This document shows, piece by piece, positions 18,473 to 29,488 of a stretch of 64,000 nt of DNA. The notes beneath the pieces were generated by a model that worked only from the letters and a program-made list of their open reading frames with translations, searched no databases and was not told the DNA's origin. Each line of letters opens with the position of its first letter. Position 1 is the stretch's first letter. Position numbers and translations under genes: made by a program. Source of the stretch: an uncultured Gemmatimonadales bacterium (GTDB lineage Bacteria; Gemmatimonadota; Gemmatimonadetes; Gemmatimonadales; GWC2-71-9); assembly GCA_963844035.1 (NCBI GenBank), contig CAWJMT010000012.1:1-64000 (forward strand), read 5' to 3'.

Positions 18473-19979
18473 CGGTCCGTTCGACCGTAAACCCTCCCTC
18501 CATTTTCGGCCCCATGTAGGTGATGGCAAGGCCCACCCGCGTCTGCTCGAGCGCGGTGCCCTCATCCAAGACGCTGGCGGGTACCGGCGCTCCGAGGTTG
18601 GTGGCGAGGGTCACGGAGTCCTGCGGGCGACAGGAAGCTGTAGTTGTCGGCGCGTTTGGCCCAATAGCCGGCGGTGAATCCCACCGCGAATGTGCGCGTG
18701 AGCTTGTACATCGGCGCGAAGTCGATGGCGAGGTAGTCCCCGGCGTCCCACGCCAACACCGTGGTCGCCTGGTAGGGCACCAGGAAGGCGTCGGCTGGTG
18801 CCACCCGGCGGGCGCGCGTCGATCCCAGCGCGGTCCCCGCGCGGACGGCAAGATTGAGCCACAGGTGCCGGGCGATCGTCAATTCTTGCGTCACCGTCAG
18901 CTCGTACGCCGTCTGGTGATCGGCGATCGGGACGTCCAGCACTTCGAGGATCGAGTCCCGGGTTCCGGTGGCCAGGCGCACCAGACCGCCCAGCGACACC
19001 GCGTACGGGTCGCCCCCCAGGCGGAGCTTGGCGTGCAGCGCCAGGTCACCGAGGCCGTAGCGCCACGAATCGCCGCAGCGGGGCGTACCCGAAGCCGTCG
19101 TGTCCGTCAAGACCGTCTGCGAACTCCGTCGCCGACACCGTGTCGCCGGACAGCAGAAACCCCGAATTGAACCCCGCCACGTTGTAGGTGTTTTGCAGCT
19201 CGCGTTGCAGCTGCACGACGGTGCTGTCGATGCCGTCGCCCACGGCGGAGCCCGAGAGCGGTACGAACGGCGAGGGCGTGGTGCCCACGCCGTACACCGT
19301 GCGGCTGAGCGCGTCGCGCACCGGCGATGGCCTGGGCGAGAAAGCCTTGCGCCTGGGCGCACTGCGGGCTCGACGGACAGCCGTACTGCCCGCCCGCGAT
19401 GTTGTTGCTCAGCCCGGTGATGGCCGTGTTGAACTGATTGAAGAAGCCGGCGTAGGCGCCGTCGGCGCCGCCGACCGGGCGAGCGGGTTCAGCGCCGAGC
19501 GACGCCCCGGTGGGCGCGACGTCGAAGTGGGCCCGGATCGCCGTCCGCACCAGGGGCAGGGTGACGCCGAACGACAACCGATCGGTCAGACCGAACTCGG
19601 CGGTGAACGGGGTGACGCGCACTTCCGCGTGCGCGTTGAACGCGCCCTGGCCGATGCTCGCCAGGTAGCCGGGCACGCCGCTCGCAATGCGGAGGTCCTG
19701 CTGCAGGCGCGCCACCGTCGGCAGGCGCGCCGTGCCGAGCGTGTCGCCGGTCAACGGAGCGCCCAGGGGCTTGAGGCTGCCGTTCACGAACTCGGCGGCT
19801 CCAGGTGAGGATGCGCGGATCGAAGCGGAGGCGCAGCTCACCCTGCTTGGGGGTATCGGTGCGGTCGACGGATTGCGCGGCTAGCCCGGCCCGTCAGGGC
19901 CGGGCTCGACGAGAGCGAGCACGATGAGAAAAACGGCATCCGCCCGTGGGCAGATGCCGTTGTCGCTTCTCCGGATCAC
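18396..19979 (-). CDS. Uncharacterised exported, probably outer-membrane, protein (several frameshifts)
   Basis: Continuous coding signal across ORFs 19107..19841, 18562..19362, 18396..18851; signal-like N-terminus ending LAAQ; FGLTDRLSFGVTLPLV and GLGDL resemble beta-barrel segments; start approximate. Confidence 0.6.
19883..19906. repeat. Perfect GC-rich palindrome with GTCA/TGAC loop (REP-like)
   Basis: AGCCCGGCCC-GTCA-GGGCCGGGCT. Confidence 0.55.
19929..19961 (-). terminator. Intrinsic terminator-like hairpin after the SGNH hydrolase
   Basis: Minus strand AACGGCATCTGCCC-AC-GGGCGGATGCCGTTTTT. Confidence 0.6.
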
Positions 19980-19995
19980 CGCGGCGGTGTCGCGC

Positions 19996-21207
19996 TCAGG
20001 GAGCAGGGATCGCCGAGGCGTACTTCGCGTTGATGGCGAGGACGACGTGGCGCGCAATGATCAGGTGCGCCGATCCGCTGGGATGGAATCCGTCGCACGA
20101 GAACGCCAGGCCGAACGGTGACGTCGAGCAGGCGGCGCCGATATTCGGGAACGGGGCGACCTGCCCCGGGACCAGGCGCAGTGAGTCGAGCGTCGGATTG
20201 GGATCGATATAGGCCCAGCCGTTCGTCGTGGCCGCGCTCGAGATGAACGCGTTGTACCCGGCGACGGTCGTCAGAATCTTGCGGAGCTCCGCCGGCTGCA
20301 CCGTCTGCGGCTCGGTGCAGTGCAGCGTGTCGGTCACGCCCGCCGCGCGGCGCCGAGCAGCGCGGCGCCGAACGGGAACGGGACGAGCACCGAGTCGCCG
20401 ATGCCCCCGAAGGCGTTGGGCGCGCAGGCGCGTCCACGTGGAACGTGGCCGGGAACGTCACGCCCGGAACGAGTCCCGCCTTGATGGCGTAGTAGGTCCC
20501 GCCCTGCGACGCATACGGGATCGCGGTCACGTTCGCGACACCGATGAGGAGCGCCTTGGCGCCGGTGGCCTTCACCCCGTCCACCACCTCCTGGTAGCGC
20601 GTCTGGAACGTCGCCACGGGCGTGATCAGGGCCGAGTCGCCCGCGTTGGTCGCGCTCAACACGGAACCGAGTACGTCGTTGTTGCCGATCCAGACGCTGA
20701 CAAACGTCGGGCGGGCATCAGCCATCGCCTCGATCTGCGTGCGGCCACCGAGAATGATCTGCGTCAGGGCATTCGAGTTGGTCCCGGGGGTGGGGCCGTT
20801 GTGCATGATGTCGATCACCTGGGCCGATGGCACGCCGAGGTTGCTCACATACGGCGGCGTCGACGCGCGATAGGCGCAGGTCGTGGAGGTGCCGCCAGCC
20901 AGCCGCGTACCGGTGAAGATGTTGGTGTACGGCGGGGGACAGCCCGGCAGGGCGAGGCTCGGGTAGTAGAACGGCGTGCCCATCTTCGCGCCGACCAGCA
21001 CCGGATACGCCTGCTTCTGCGTCGAGTCGTTGATTCCGCCCGACTGGAATCCCGACGTGATGCTGTTGCCGAGCGATACGTAGCGCTGGAACATTGCCCC
21101 GCCGGCATAGGTCGGCACGGCCGGTGGCATCAGCTCTTCGTTGGAGCAGGCGGCGCGACCAGGGCCGCGCCCAAACCGGCGGCGAGCGAGAAGCGACGGA
21201 GCGTCAT
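19996..21207 (-). CDS. SGNH/GDSL hydrolase family lipoprotein (frameshifts)
   Basis: Lipobox-type ...AC; LGNSITSG, NLGVP, WIGNNDVL, DGFHPS; adjacent to a FadL-like gene. Confidence 0.85.
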
Positions 21208-21221
21208 CGTCCTGGCCCCCC

Positions 21222-22594
21222 TTAGAACGTGAACGCCAGCGACACACCGAACAGGTGCGCGCCGAACGTGTACAGGCCGTTGTTGGGCAATGCTTGCGTC
21301 CGGCCGCGCCGGTCGTTCTGACGGATGTACTGATAGGCGAGGTCGGCGGTGAGCTGCTTCCCAAGTTTCAGTCCGAGTCCGCCGGTGAACTCGTTGCGCT
21401 CTCCCTCAGGGAGCAGCGGCGTCACGGTTTCCGGCGGCGCGGCACCCTGATGGTAGAGGTAGCCGCCCCGGACGCGTCAACTGCGCGCTGGTTTCATACT
21501 CGGCGCCGACGCGGATCCCGCTCGTGTTCTGTGTAGTTCTCGGTCAGCGTCTGGTTGAGCGCCGTGTTGGGCGAGAACGTGAGGTTCAGCACGCTGAACG
21601 TGGCTCCAGTGGACCCACTGGTAGTCCGCGAGCAGCGTGAGCTTGTCGGTCGCCTTGTACGCCACCCCGGCAACGAACATGTCCGGATTGGCAATCGACG
21701 CGGTGGCCGTCTGGTCGGCGAGGAGCCCACCGGTTGAGAACAGGCCCAGGCTGGTAATGACCCCGTCGAGCGGCGTCCCGGCAGGGATCGTCCCCAGGAC
21801 CGGGATCGTGATGGTCGCGGGAATGATGATCCCGGTGTTCACCTGCGTGAAGTGCGCCGTGCCCGAGTAGTCCATGTTGACCTTCATCAGGTAACGGGCG
21901 CCGATCGACAACCGCTCGTTCACCTGCGCGATAGCGCCAAAGTGCGCGCCGTAACCGGTGGTCGACGCCTGAAGATCGGCGTCCGCGAAGTCCGTGCCCG
22001 GAGGGATGCCGAACGCGCCGAACGTCGCACCGGGAACGCCGGGGACCGGTGCCCGCGATAGGTCGCGCGCTGGTGCAGCTCGACGCTGCCATGCACGATG
22101 TCGAACCCGCCGCCCAGCTTCAGCCACTTCGTCACCTGATATGCGACGGTCGGCTGGACGTAGATGGTCTTGATAATGTTGTCGTAGCCGGAAAACCGCC
22201 CGTCGAAGGTCAGCGGCCAGCGCGTCTGCAGTCCATACGGGGCGAACACCCCGATTCCCACGCCCATCTTGGGCGTTACTGCATACGAAGCATAGACTTG
22301 AGGAACGTAGAGGATCGGGTCGTTGAGGTCGGTGGTCTCCGCAAAGACGTCATCGGTAAAGCCGCCCATCACCTTGATGATGGTCACCCCGGCGCTGACG
22401 TGACCGCCCTTCAGCCCGGCCAGGCCCGCGGGGTTGAAAAAGATCGCCGACCCGTCGGGACAGGGAGCTGCGGCGGCCGTCCCAGCGCGCCCCATCGTGC
22501 ACGTGCCCTGCTCGTAGATGCCGAATCCCTGCGCACTTAGCAGGGCAGGGAATGCGGCGATCAGCAACCAGGCACACTTCCCGAACCGCTGCAT
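21222..22594 (-). CDS. FadL/OmpP1-family outer-membrane transporter of hydrophobic compounds (frameshifts)
   Basis: Signal peptide then AQGFGIYEQG, SAIFFNPAGL, APYGL, PLLPE; C-terminal Phe. Confidence 0.88.
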
Positions 22595-22645
22595 ACGGAT
22601 GTCTCCGGAGCCGGAGTGACGGCATTGGTGGTAGGAGCCGGTCCT

Positions 22646-22674
22646 ACGGTAGCGATTGCCCCAATGCTTGTCAA
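22646..22674 (-). promoter_or_regulatory. sigma70-type promoter of the FadL-like operon
   Basis: Minus strand TTGACA-17 nt-TACCGT. Confidence 0.6.
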
Positions 22675-22802
22675 ACCCTTGCGCGCACGAGCGATCCCGC
22701 TTTGGCCCCGGGCGTTCCATTCAGGCGTCGGAGAGCCCATTTCCCGCCCCGGTTCCTGCCCCTGGGGGCACCCATAGGGGTTTCCCTGATGGCCTGAGCG
22801 GC

Positions 22803-23971
22803 CTAGCTCGTGGTGGCCTCGAGGAACGGTTCAATGCGGCCCCACGCGGCCTGCCCGTCTTCGTATCCCAGCTCGATCAGCGTGTTCGTGTACGTCGGAT
22901 CGAACACCAGGTAGCTCAAAAAGTCGGCTCCAGCCGCCCGCTCGCCTCCCATCATCCGTACACTCCAACGCAGCAGCGACGGCAGCGCCGCGCCGGTGCC
23001 GCGCGCCAGCGCGCCGAGATTGCGGGAAGGGCGCAGCACCAGGAGGCTGATCGGCCGTAAGCCGTCGGGAGCCGGCCCCGCGGGCCACTGCGCCAGCATG
23101 CGGTTGACGCGCTCGATCTGCTCGACGTCGGCTTCGAGCGCGTCCAGGAACACCGAGTGCAGCAGCAGTCCGACGACCTCGGCGAACGTGGGGTAGTCGC
23201 GCTGCTTCGCGTGCGTCATGGCTTGCCGCGGGTCGCCCTGTTGCGTGACGACCAGAATGCCGCGAGCGCCCAGATGGATGGCGGGTGAGAGCGGGGCGGT
23301 TTGGCGCACGCTGCCGTCGCCGTAGAACGCGCCCTCAATCCGGACCGTTGGGAAGAGCACGGGGAGCGCGCAGGACGCCATGACGTGATCGAGCGAGAGG
23401 GACGCCCGGACGGCGCGCCGCAGCGCCCTGCGCCATGTGGGCGCGTCCGGTCCCCCGTGCACAAACGTCACCACCTCGCCCGAGCCATACGACGTGGCAC
23501 TCAGTGCGATGGCGCGCAGCCGCCCGCTCGCGATCTTGGCGTCGATCCCTGAGAAATTGATGGACCCGTTGAGGAACTCCCGCAACGGCTCCAGGTCCAC
23601 GAGCCCGCGCACGGTGGCCGGGTCGGTGCGCCTGCCCGAGGGCGCCGGCGACGAGCGCGCGCAGCAATGGCGGGGCCCACCCGCAGCGGGCGGATGCGGT
23701 ACACGCGGTTGGCCACGAGCTGCAGCCAGTTGGCGCGCAGCGCGCCCACCGCCTCGGCGAACGATCCCTGATGGGCGGCGAGGAACGTGGCGTTGATGGC
23801 GCCGGCGGATTCGCCGGTGATGATCGGGAACTCGAGCGTGGGCGCTCGCTCGGCGATCGCCGACAGAATGCCGACTTCGTAGGCGGCGCGCGCGCCGCCG
23901 CCCCCCAGCACCAGCGCCCGCGGATGGGGCTCCCGCTGCGCCGCGTCGTGAGGACTGGAGGCGTCGATCAT
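22803..23971 (-). CDS. Patatin-like phospholipase (frameshift near 23620-23670)
   Basis: LVLGGGGARAAY, GESAG nucleophile elbow, YGDGS. Confidence 0.9.
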
Positions 23972-24017
23972 TGCTGGAAAGCTACGCCGCAATCGGGCGT
24001 TGAGGCAGCAGGTGCGG

Positions 24018-25938
24018 CTAGAAGGCTACGCGCATCCCCACGTTGACGACGCGTCCGTCGAGAGGAGCCCACACGTCCGTGGTCCCCTTGAGCTCCGCCC
24101 GCGGTGCGAGGGTGAGCAGGGGACCGTAACGCGTCTGTCGCACGTCGCCGAGATTTTCGCCGTTGATGTAGAGGTCGACCGCGCCGAGGCGGCGTGCTGC
24201 ACGCAGCGCGACGGTGGCATAGGGCGGAGTAGCCGAACGGTAGGGGTTATCGAATACCACTTGCCGACCTGTATAGCTGACGTGGAACGCCAGGCGCGTT
24301 CGGCCAGGGGCATCTTTCCACGCGACATCCAGGGCTCCACTGTGGCGCGGGGTGAGTGGTGCCTCGACGCGGCTGGCCGTGGCCGCCGAGAACACCGTAG
24401 AATGGAGGTAGGCGTAGTCCACGGTGACCCTCCATGCCCGCTGCACGTAGACCGCGACGAGTTCAGCGCCCGCCGTGCGCGTGGGGCCCGGTGCGTTGAT
24501 CAGCTGGGGGCGCTCTTCGAAGGGGTTGAGCTCCGAAACGATGAGGGGATGCTCGACGCGGGCCGCGAACAACGTGGTGGTCAAGCGCAGGCTGCCGATG
24601 TGCCCGGCCAGATCGAGCGACCCATATCGTGCCCGCTGCGCCTGGATGGAAAGGGGAGCCGTCGTGGCAACCTCACCGGAGTCGCTGAAACACAGGCCGA
24701 CACTGCACACGGTGATAGTGCGCGTATTGAACGGTACGAGTCCCGCGAGGGGAATCCCATCCGTCTCGTCCAGAAAGGGCGTGGGGGCGAAGAAGCCAGT
24801 CGCGCCCGAGAGCTGGACCTGCCAGGCTCCGGGCCCACGGAACAATGCGGAGACGCGCGGAGTGCACACAGTCCCGTAGTCGCTCTGCCAGTCGCAGCGA
24901 GCGTTCGCGGTCAGACTCGCGCGCTGGCTCAAGGCGAGAGTAGCCTGCGCCACGAGTGACGGGGTGTCGTATGAGTACTCGAATCCCGCGAGGTCCGAGG
25001 AGTGAAAGGCGTCATGCTCGTATCCGGCGCCGAGCGCCCACGTGACCCTGTGGTACGGCATCGTGAGGATCGCTTCGGAGAAGACGGTCTCGTGTCGCCC
25101 GTGTTCGACGTAGGCCCGCGCATACGGTCCGTAGGTTTGTCGCCCCCATTCGGACACTGCTGACCCCCGCACCGTCAGCCTGCCGGCGGCAATCGGAACG
25201 ACGCCCACGACGCCCGCATCCGCCCGATTGGTGTTCGCGGACGCAGTGAACGGCTCTCCATCCGGCAGCGTCGTCTGCGGCAGCGTGCCTCCCGAGCGAG
25301 CCTCGGACATGCCGCCGATCGTGGCGAGGAGCGACGCGCCATGATTCCCGTTCCAGAACACCCGGGGTCGAAGCTCGACGCGTCGAAACCCGGGTACATC
25401 AGCCCACGCGTCGTTGTTCACATCCGCGGCGCCCTGTCGGTGCACGCCGCCGACGACGTTGAGCCCCCATTGGTCGTTGAGGCGGCTGGACACCCAGGCC
25501 ATCGCGTCCGTGCCGTGCTGCGAGGTCTGGTTCAGGACGACCTCGTTGTCGGTCGTCTGGGGGATGCGAGATGAGATTGACAACCCCGCCGAGCGCGGAA
25601 GGCCCGTACAGCGCGGTGGCCGGGCCCTTGATCACCTCTACGCGCTCGATGTCCAGCGCCGACACCTGCACGAACCCCAACCCGCCGAATTGGGCGCCGA
25701 ACAGCGGCAGACCGTCGACCAGCACCTGAGTGTACTGGCCTGGCAGGCCCTGAATGCGAATACCCACGGATCCGAGCGCTGCGGAGGTGGTCTCGACCCG
25801 CACGCCGCTCGTCTGCTCGAGTAGCTCGAGCAGACTGAGCGACGGGGCGTCGGCGCTGTCGCCCGGGGTCTGCGCCGCCCCGGTTCCGGCGACGGCGCCG
25901 AGCCCCACCACAAGCTGCAAGATTCTGAGCTTTGCCAT
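24018..25938 (-). CDS. TonB-dependent receptor (frameshift near 25575)
   Basis: IRIQGLPGQYTQVLVDG, IERVEVIKGPATALYG, GENLGD, C-terminal GMRVAF. Confidence 0.9.
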
Positions 25939-25944
25939 CGAGGC

Positions 25945-28209
25945 TCAGTACTGCCACGTCACCCGAGCCATCAGATTGCGCCCTTGGCCGGGATCGACGG
26001 CGTTCGTCTTGATCCGGCTCAAGAAATCGACATAGCGCTGATTCAACGCGTTTCGCAGCGAGAGGTCGACGCGCAACGCATTCCGCCCCAGCGGGAGCGC
26101 GAACCCCGCCCCGAGGTTGAGGAGCGTGTATGACTGCGATTGATAGCCCGCGCCTTCGAACGCCGTCGCGAAGAACTGGGCCTCGCTCGGGTCGAGTCGC
26201 GTCTGCCGCGCGTTCGATTCGCCGCCCAGGGAGAAGTAGCAGTCCGTGAGCGTCCCAATCCGCCCGCCCTCCAGGCGTGCTGCATAGGTCGCCCGGAACG
26301 GGGGGATGCTGGGGAGCGGCTGGTCCGTGCTGGTGTTCTGCCCCTGCACGTAGTCCGCCGTTGCGTGGAGGTGCAGAAACGTCGTGGGATGGAACTCCAC
26401 CGCGCTTTCAATACCCACCAGACGGGCGTCGCCCTGCGTGGCGTCGTAGATCTCGAATCCGGACTCGGGGTCTATCTCGCCACTTGGCACGGTGAAGATG
26501 AAGTCGTTCACAAGGTTCGCGAACGCGCCCACTTCGAACGACACTGTGCGGCTCTGGACGCGAACAGCCAGATCCGTATTGAGCGAGCTCTCGGTCCCGA
26601 GCGCCGGATTCCCCCGTTCGAACGCGACCGTGCCCTCGTGCACGCCGTTGGCGAACAGGTCGAAGCTCGATGGAGCCCGGAACCCGCGGCCGACATTGAG
26701 CACCAGGGCGACCGGCTCGGAGATGTGGTACAGCGCCCCGACGTTGCCTGTGATCGAGTTGTACGTCCGGGTCTGCGCCGTCACGTCGATCGCCGCGTCG
26801 TCCTCGACGTCGAGGTGGCGGTAGTCGAACCGCCCTCCGATTGAGAAAGTCCAGCGGCCGGCATCGGCCTGCTCGAAAGCGTACGCGCCCACGTTGTCGG
26901 CGGTAGTGTTCGGGACCAGCGTTTCCTCGCCGAACTTGGTGAACCGGCTGCGGTAGCCGGAGACGCCGACCAGCCCCTGCAGCCGGCCGAGCGGCGGGTG
27001 GTGGTAGTGCACTTCGGTCAGATAGGTGCGCGACAGCAGGCCCAGCGCGACGTCGGTGGCGGCCGCATCCTCGAATTCGCGGCGGCGATTCTGCTCGACT
27101 CCGCTCGTGACCTCGAGGCGCCCCGCCCCCGCGGGCAGTGTGAGATTCACACGGCCCCGTTGCTCTTCGATGCGCTGATACGGCGTGGCGGCCGGGTCTT
27201 CGTCGGTGAGCTCGATGCGCTCGCCGCGATACGCGTACGTCCCCGACACGGCCCCCCAGCTGCCGCGGTAGCCCAACACTCCACTCCCCGAGCCAGCGCG
27301 ATTGGCGCTGTTCCACAGCGCGTAGTCGGGGGTGTGCAGGTTTTCGCTGCTCCGGCCGGTGAATGACGCCCGCGCCCCCAGACCTCCGCTCGCGCCGGCG
27401 AACGCGATCGTGCCATCCGGTTGCCGGTTGTTGGACTGGTACGCGGTGGTGAGACTGCCATGCAGGAACGCCGGCCGTCCGATGGCGTCCGGCACGGGCA
27501 GCGGAATGACGTTGATCACGCCTCCGAGCGCATCGGACCCGTACAGGACGCTCGCCGGCCCGCGGATCACCTCGATGCGCTCGACTCCGGCCACCTCGAT
27601 GTTCGGGCTGTGCTCGTCGCCCCACTGCTGCGTCTCGAGCCGCTGGCCGTCGTCGAGCACCAGCACCCGGTTCGAGGTCAGGCCGCGGATCACGGGTTTC
27701 CCGATCCCGACACCGGTGCTGAGACTGTGCACCCCCGGCGTGCCCGAGAGCGTTTCGCCGAGACTGGGCGCCTGCGCGGTGCGCAGCGCATCGGCGTCGA
27801 CCACCGTGGTGGGTTGGGGTGAATTGAACGTGCTCGTGGCCGTGGCACTCGCGGTCACCTGCACCGTGCTCAGCTCGAGAGCGGACGCCTTCAGGGCGAA
27901 GTCCGCCGTGACATCGCCATCGGACACGGTGATGCGGCGCACCTGCGGCGCATACCCGATCATGGCGATGGAGAGTGTGTAGGTACCGGGCGCGACCGCC
28001 TCAAACGAGTAGACCCCGTCGGCGCTAGTCTCGCCCGAGCGACCAATCTCGACCAGGCTCACGCGCGCGAACGCCAGGGGTGGTCCTTCAGCCGACACGA
28101 CGCGCCCCGAGATCTTGAATGCGGGCCCGGCGTGGGCGACGCGAGGAGCGACGAACAGCGTGAGCAATGCCAGGGCTCGCGCCGAGCAATGAAGCAACGT
28201 GCGATGCAT
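25945..28209 (-). CDS. TonB-dependent receptor with N-terminal carboxypeptidase-regulatory-like domain, probably metal uptake
   Basis: Signal peptide; KPVIRGL, QQWGDEH, IEVIRGPASVLYGSDALGGVIN, NGVHEG; aromatic C-terminus; GGAGG RBS. Confidence 0.92.
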   Translation of the reverse strand: MHRTLLHCSARALALLTLFVAPRVAHAGPAFKISGRVVSAEGPPLAFARVSLVEIGRSGETSADGVYSFEAVAPGTYTLSIAMIGYAPQVRRITVSDGDVTADFALKASALELSTVQVTASATATSTFNSPQPTTVVDADALRTAQAPSLGETLSGTPGVHSLSTGVGIGKPVIRGLTSNRVLVLDDGQRLETQQWGDEHSPNIEVAGVERIEVIRGPASVLYGSDALGGVINVIPLPVPDAIGRPAFLHGSLTTAYQSNNRQPDGTIAFAGASGGLGARASFTGRSSENLHTPDYALWNSANRAGSGSGVLGYRGSWGAVSGTYAYRGERIELTDEDPAATPYQRIEEQRGRVNLTLPAGAGRLEVTSGVEQNRRREFEDAAATDVALGLLSRTYLTEVHYHHPPLGRLQGLVGVSGYRSRFTKFGEETLVPNTTADNVGAYAFEQADAGRWTFSIGGRFDYRHLDVEDDAAIDVTAQTRTYNSITGNVGALYHISEPVALVLNVGRGFRAPSSFDLFANGVHEGTVAFERGNPALGTESSLNTDLAVRVQSRTVSFEVGAFANLVNDFIFTVPSGEIDPESGFEIYDATQGDARLVGIESAVEFHPTTFLHLHATADYVQGQNTSTDQPLPSIPPFRATYAARLEGGRIGTLTDCYFSLGGESNARQTRLDPSEAQFFATAFEGAGYQSQSYTLLNLGAGFALPLGRNALRVDLSLRNALNQRYVDFLSRIKTNAVDPGQGRNLMARVTWQY

Positions 28210-28311
28210 GTGAAATTCCCTCCCGTAACGAGCGGTCATGCACGGCGCGCCCCGGGTCTCCGGGGTTCGTTCCGTGCCAAAGGGCCGCGCCGCGGCGCGG
28301 GTCAGACCGGG

Positions 28312-28656
28312 CTACGAGAGGTGTGGTGGAGCGCGAGAGTCGGGGAGGCGTTCCTGAGGAGCGGAGAAAACGACGTCGTTGAAGGCGCGCCAGGCGCTGC
28401 GAGGTTCGGCGACGCTAATACTGACCTTTGCGGTCGTTCCTGGGGTGAAAGGCGCGGACAGAAAGCGGTGAAAGGCGCAGTCCGCGGGATGGACCCGAAC
28501 GCAAGAGTCGGTCGTCTGCGAATCGAAGTGCGCCACGGCCATGGCGCTGGCTGCGTCAAGCCGCGCGTCCGCCCAGGCGACTGCGCCCGGCAGGCCAACC
28601 TGAAGTGCCAGAAGGCCGGCGAGAAGGAAACGGACGGGCCGCGAGCGTCGAGACAT
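28312..28656 (-). CDS. Small exported leader protein with Cys/His motif and C-terminal RAPP (DUF2946/CruR-like)
   Basis: Signal-like N-terminus, CVRVHPADCAFH, ends SRAPPHLS; directly upstream of the TonB receptor. Confidence 0.78.
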   Translation of the reverse strand: MSRRSRPVRFLLAGLLALQVGLPGAVAWADARLDAASAMAVAHFDSQTTDSCVRVHPADCAFHRFLSAPFTPGTTAKVSISVAEPRSAWRAFNDVVFSAPQERLPDSRAPPHLS

Positions 28657-28664
28657 GATGGAAC

Positions 28665-28693
28665 AGGATACTATCGGGGCTGAGGAACGCCAA
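28665..28693 (-). promoter_or_regulatory. Promoter of the RAPP leader (probably leaderless)
   Basis: Minus strand TTGGCG-17 nt-TATCCT, 8 nt before the ATG at 28656; no SD. Confidence 0.55.
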
Positions 28694-28764
28694 GCCCATG
28701 GCGGAGAAGTGGATTAGTTTGAAACGTGAGTAACTGCGCGCTAAGGGCCAAGGATTGATGGATC

Positions 28765-29362
28765 GTGGCTGACTGCTGTGATGTCGAGGCGCAACACGTC
28801 CGGCGAGGCGTTTTGGTGGCCGTGCTGGCCATCAACTTCGGGTTGTTCCTGGTGGAGAGTGTTGCAGGCGTGCTGGCGCGCTCGGCGGCGCTGCTCGGCG
28901 ATTCGCTCGACATGCTGGGCGACGCACTAGTCTATGGGTTCAGTCTTTACGTCGCTCAGTCGCGGCGCCATCTGGAGGGTGCGTGCGGCCTACTCCAAGG
29001 GTCTCGTGATGCTCGTCTTTGGGGTCGGCGTCCTGGCCGAAGTGCTGCACAAAGTGTTGTCTCCGGCGCCGCCGGTAGCGGAAGCGATGGGAGTCGTCGG
29101 AGTATTGGCTCTGGCCGGAAACGCGGTGTGTTTCTGGCTCCTGTTTCGGCATCGAACGGAGGACCTGAACATGCGGTCAACCTGGCTGTGTTCGCGGAAC
29201 GACTTGCTGGCGAATACGGCGGTGATCGCCGCTGCGGTGGCTGTCTCCCTGACCGGGAGTCATTGGCCTGATGTGGTGGTGGGTGGGGCGATCGCGGCGC
29301 TGTTCGTGCAGACGGCGTTCACCGTGCTTCGCGCCGCGAGGATCGAGGTGCGACAGGTGTAG
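28765..29362 (+). CDS. Cation diffusion facilitator family transporter, short form (frameshift near 28958)
   Basis: MADCC N-terminus, SAALLGDSLDMLGD, DLNMRSTWLCSRND, WPDVVVG. Confidence 0.88.
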
Positions 29363-29393
29363 AGGGGAATCCCAGTCGTTGAGGTTGCAGCGA

Positions 29394-29479
29394 GCCGGGG
29401 TGGTGAAATTGGTAGACACAAGGGACTTAAAATCCCTTAGGAGGCAACTCCTGTGTGGGTTCGAATCCCACCCTCGGCA
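29394..29479 (+). tRNA. tRNA-Leu (anticodon TAA)
   Basis: Acceptor GCCGGGG/CCTCGGC-A, D-loop TGGTAGAC, anticodon arm AGGGA-CTTAAAA-TCCCT, long variable arm AGGAG-GCAA-CTCCT, GGTTCGAATCC; CCA not encoded. Confidence 0.97.
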
Positions 29480-29488
29480 TTTCCTTCC

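Noticed and set aside
28210..28311. Cobalamin or other riboswitch before the TonB receptor
   Set aside because: Only about 100 nt, and no B12-box or other aptamer consensus that I can recognise; the RAPP leader explains the layout better
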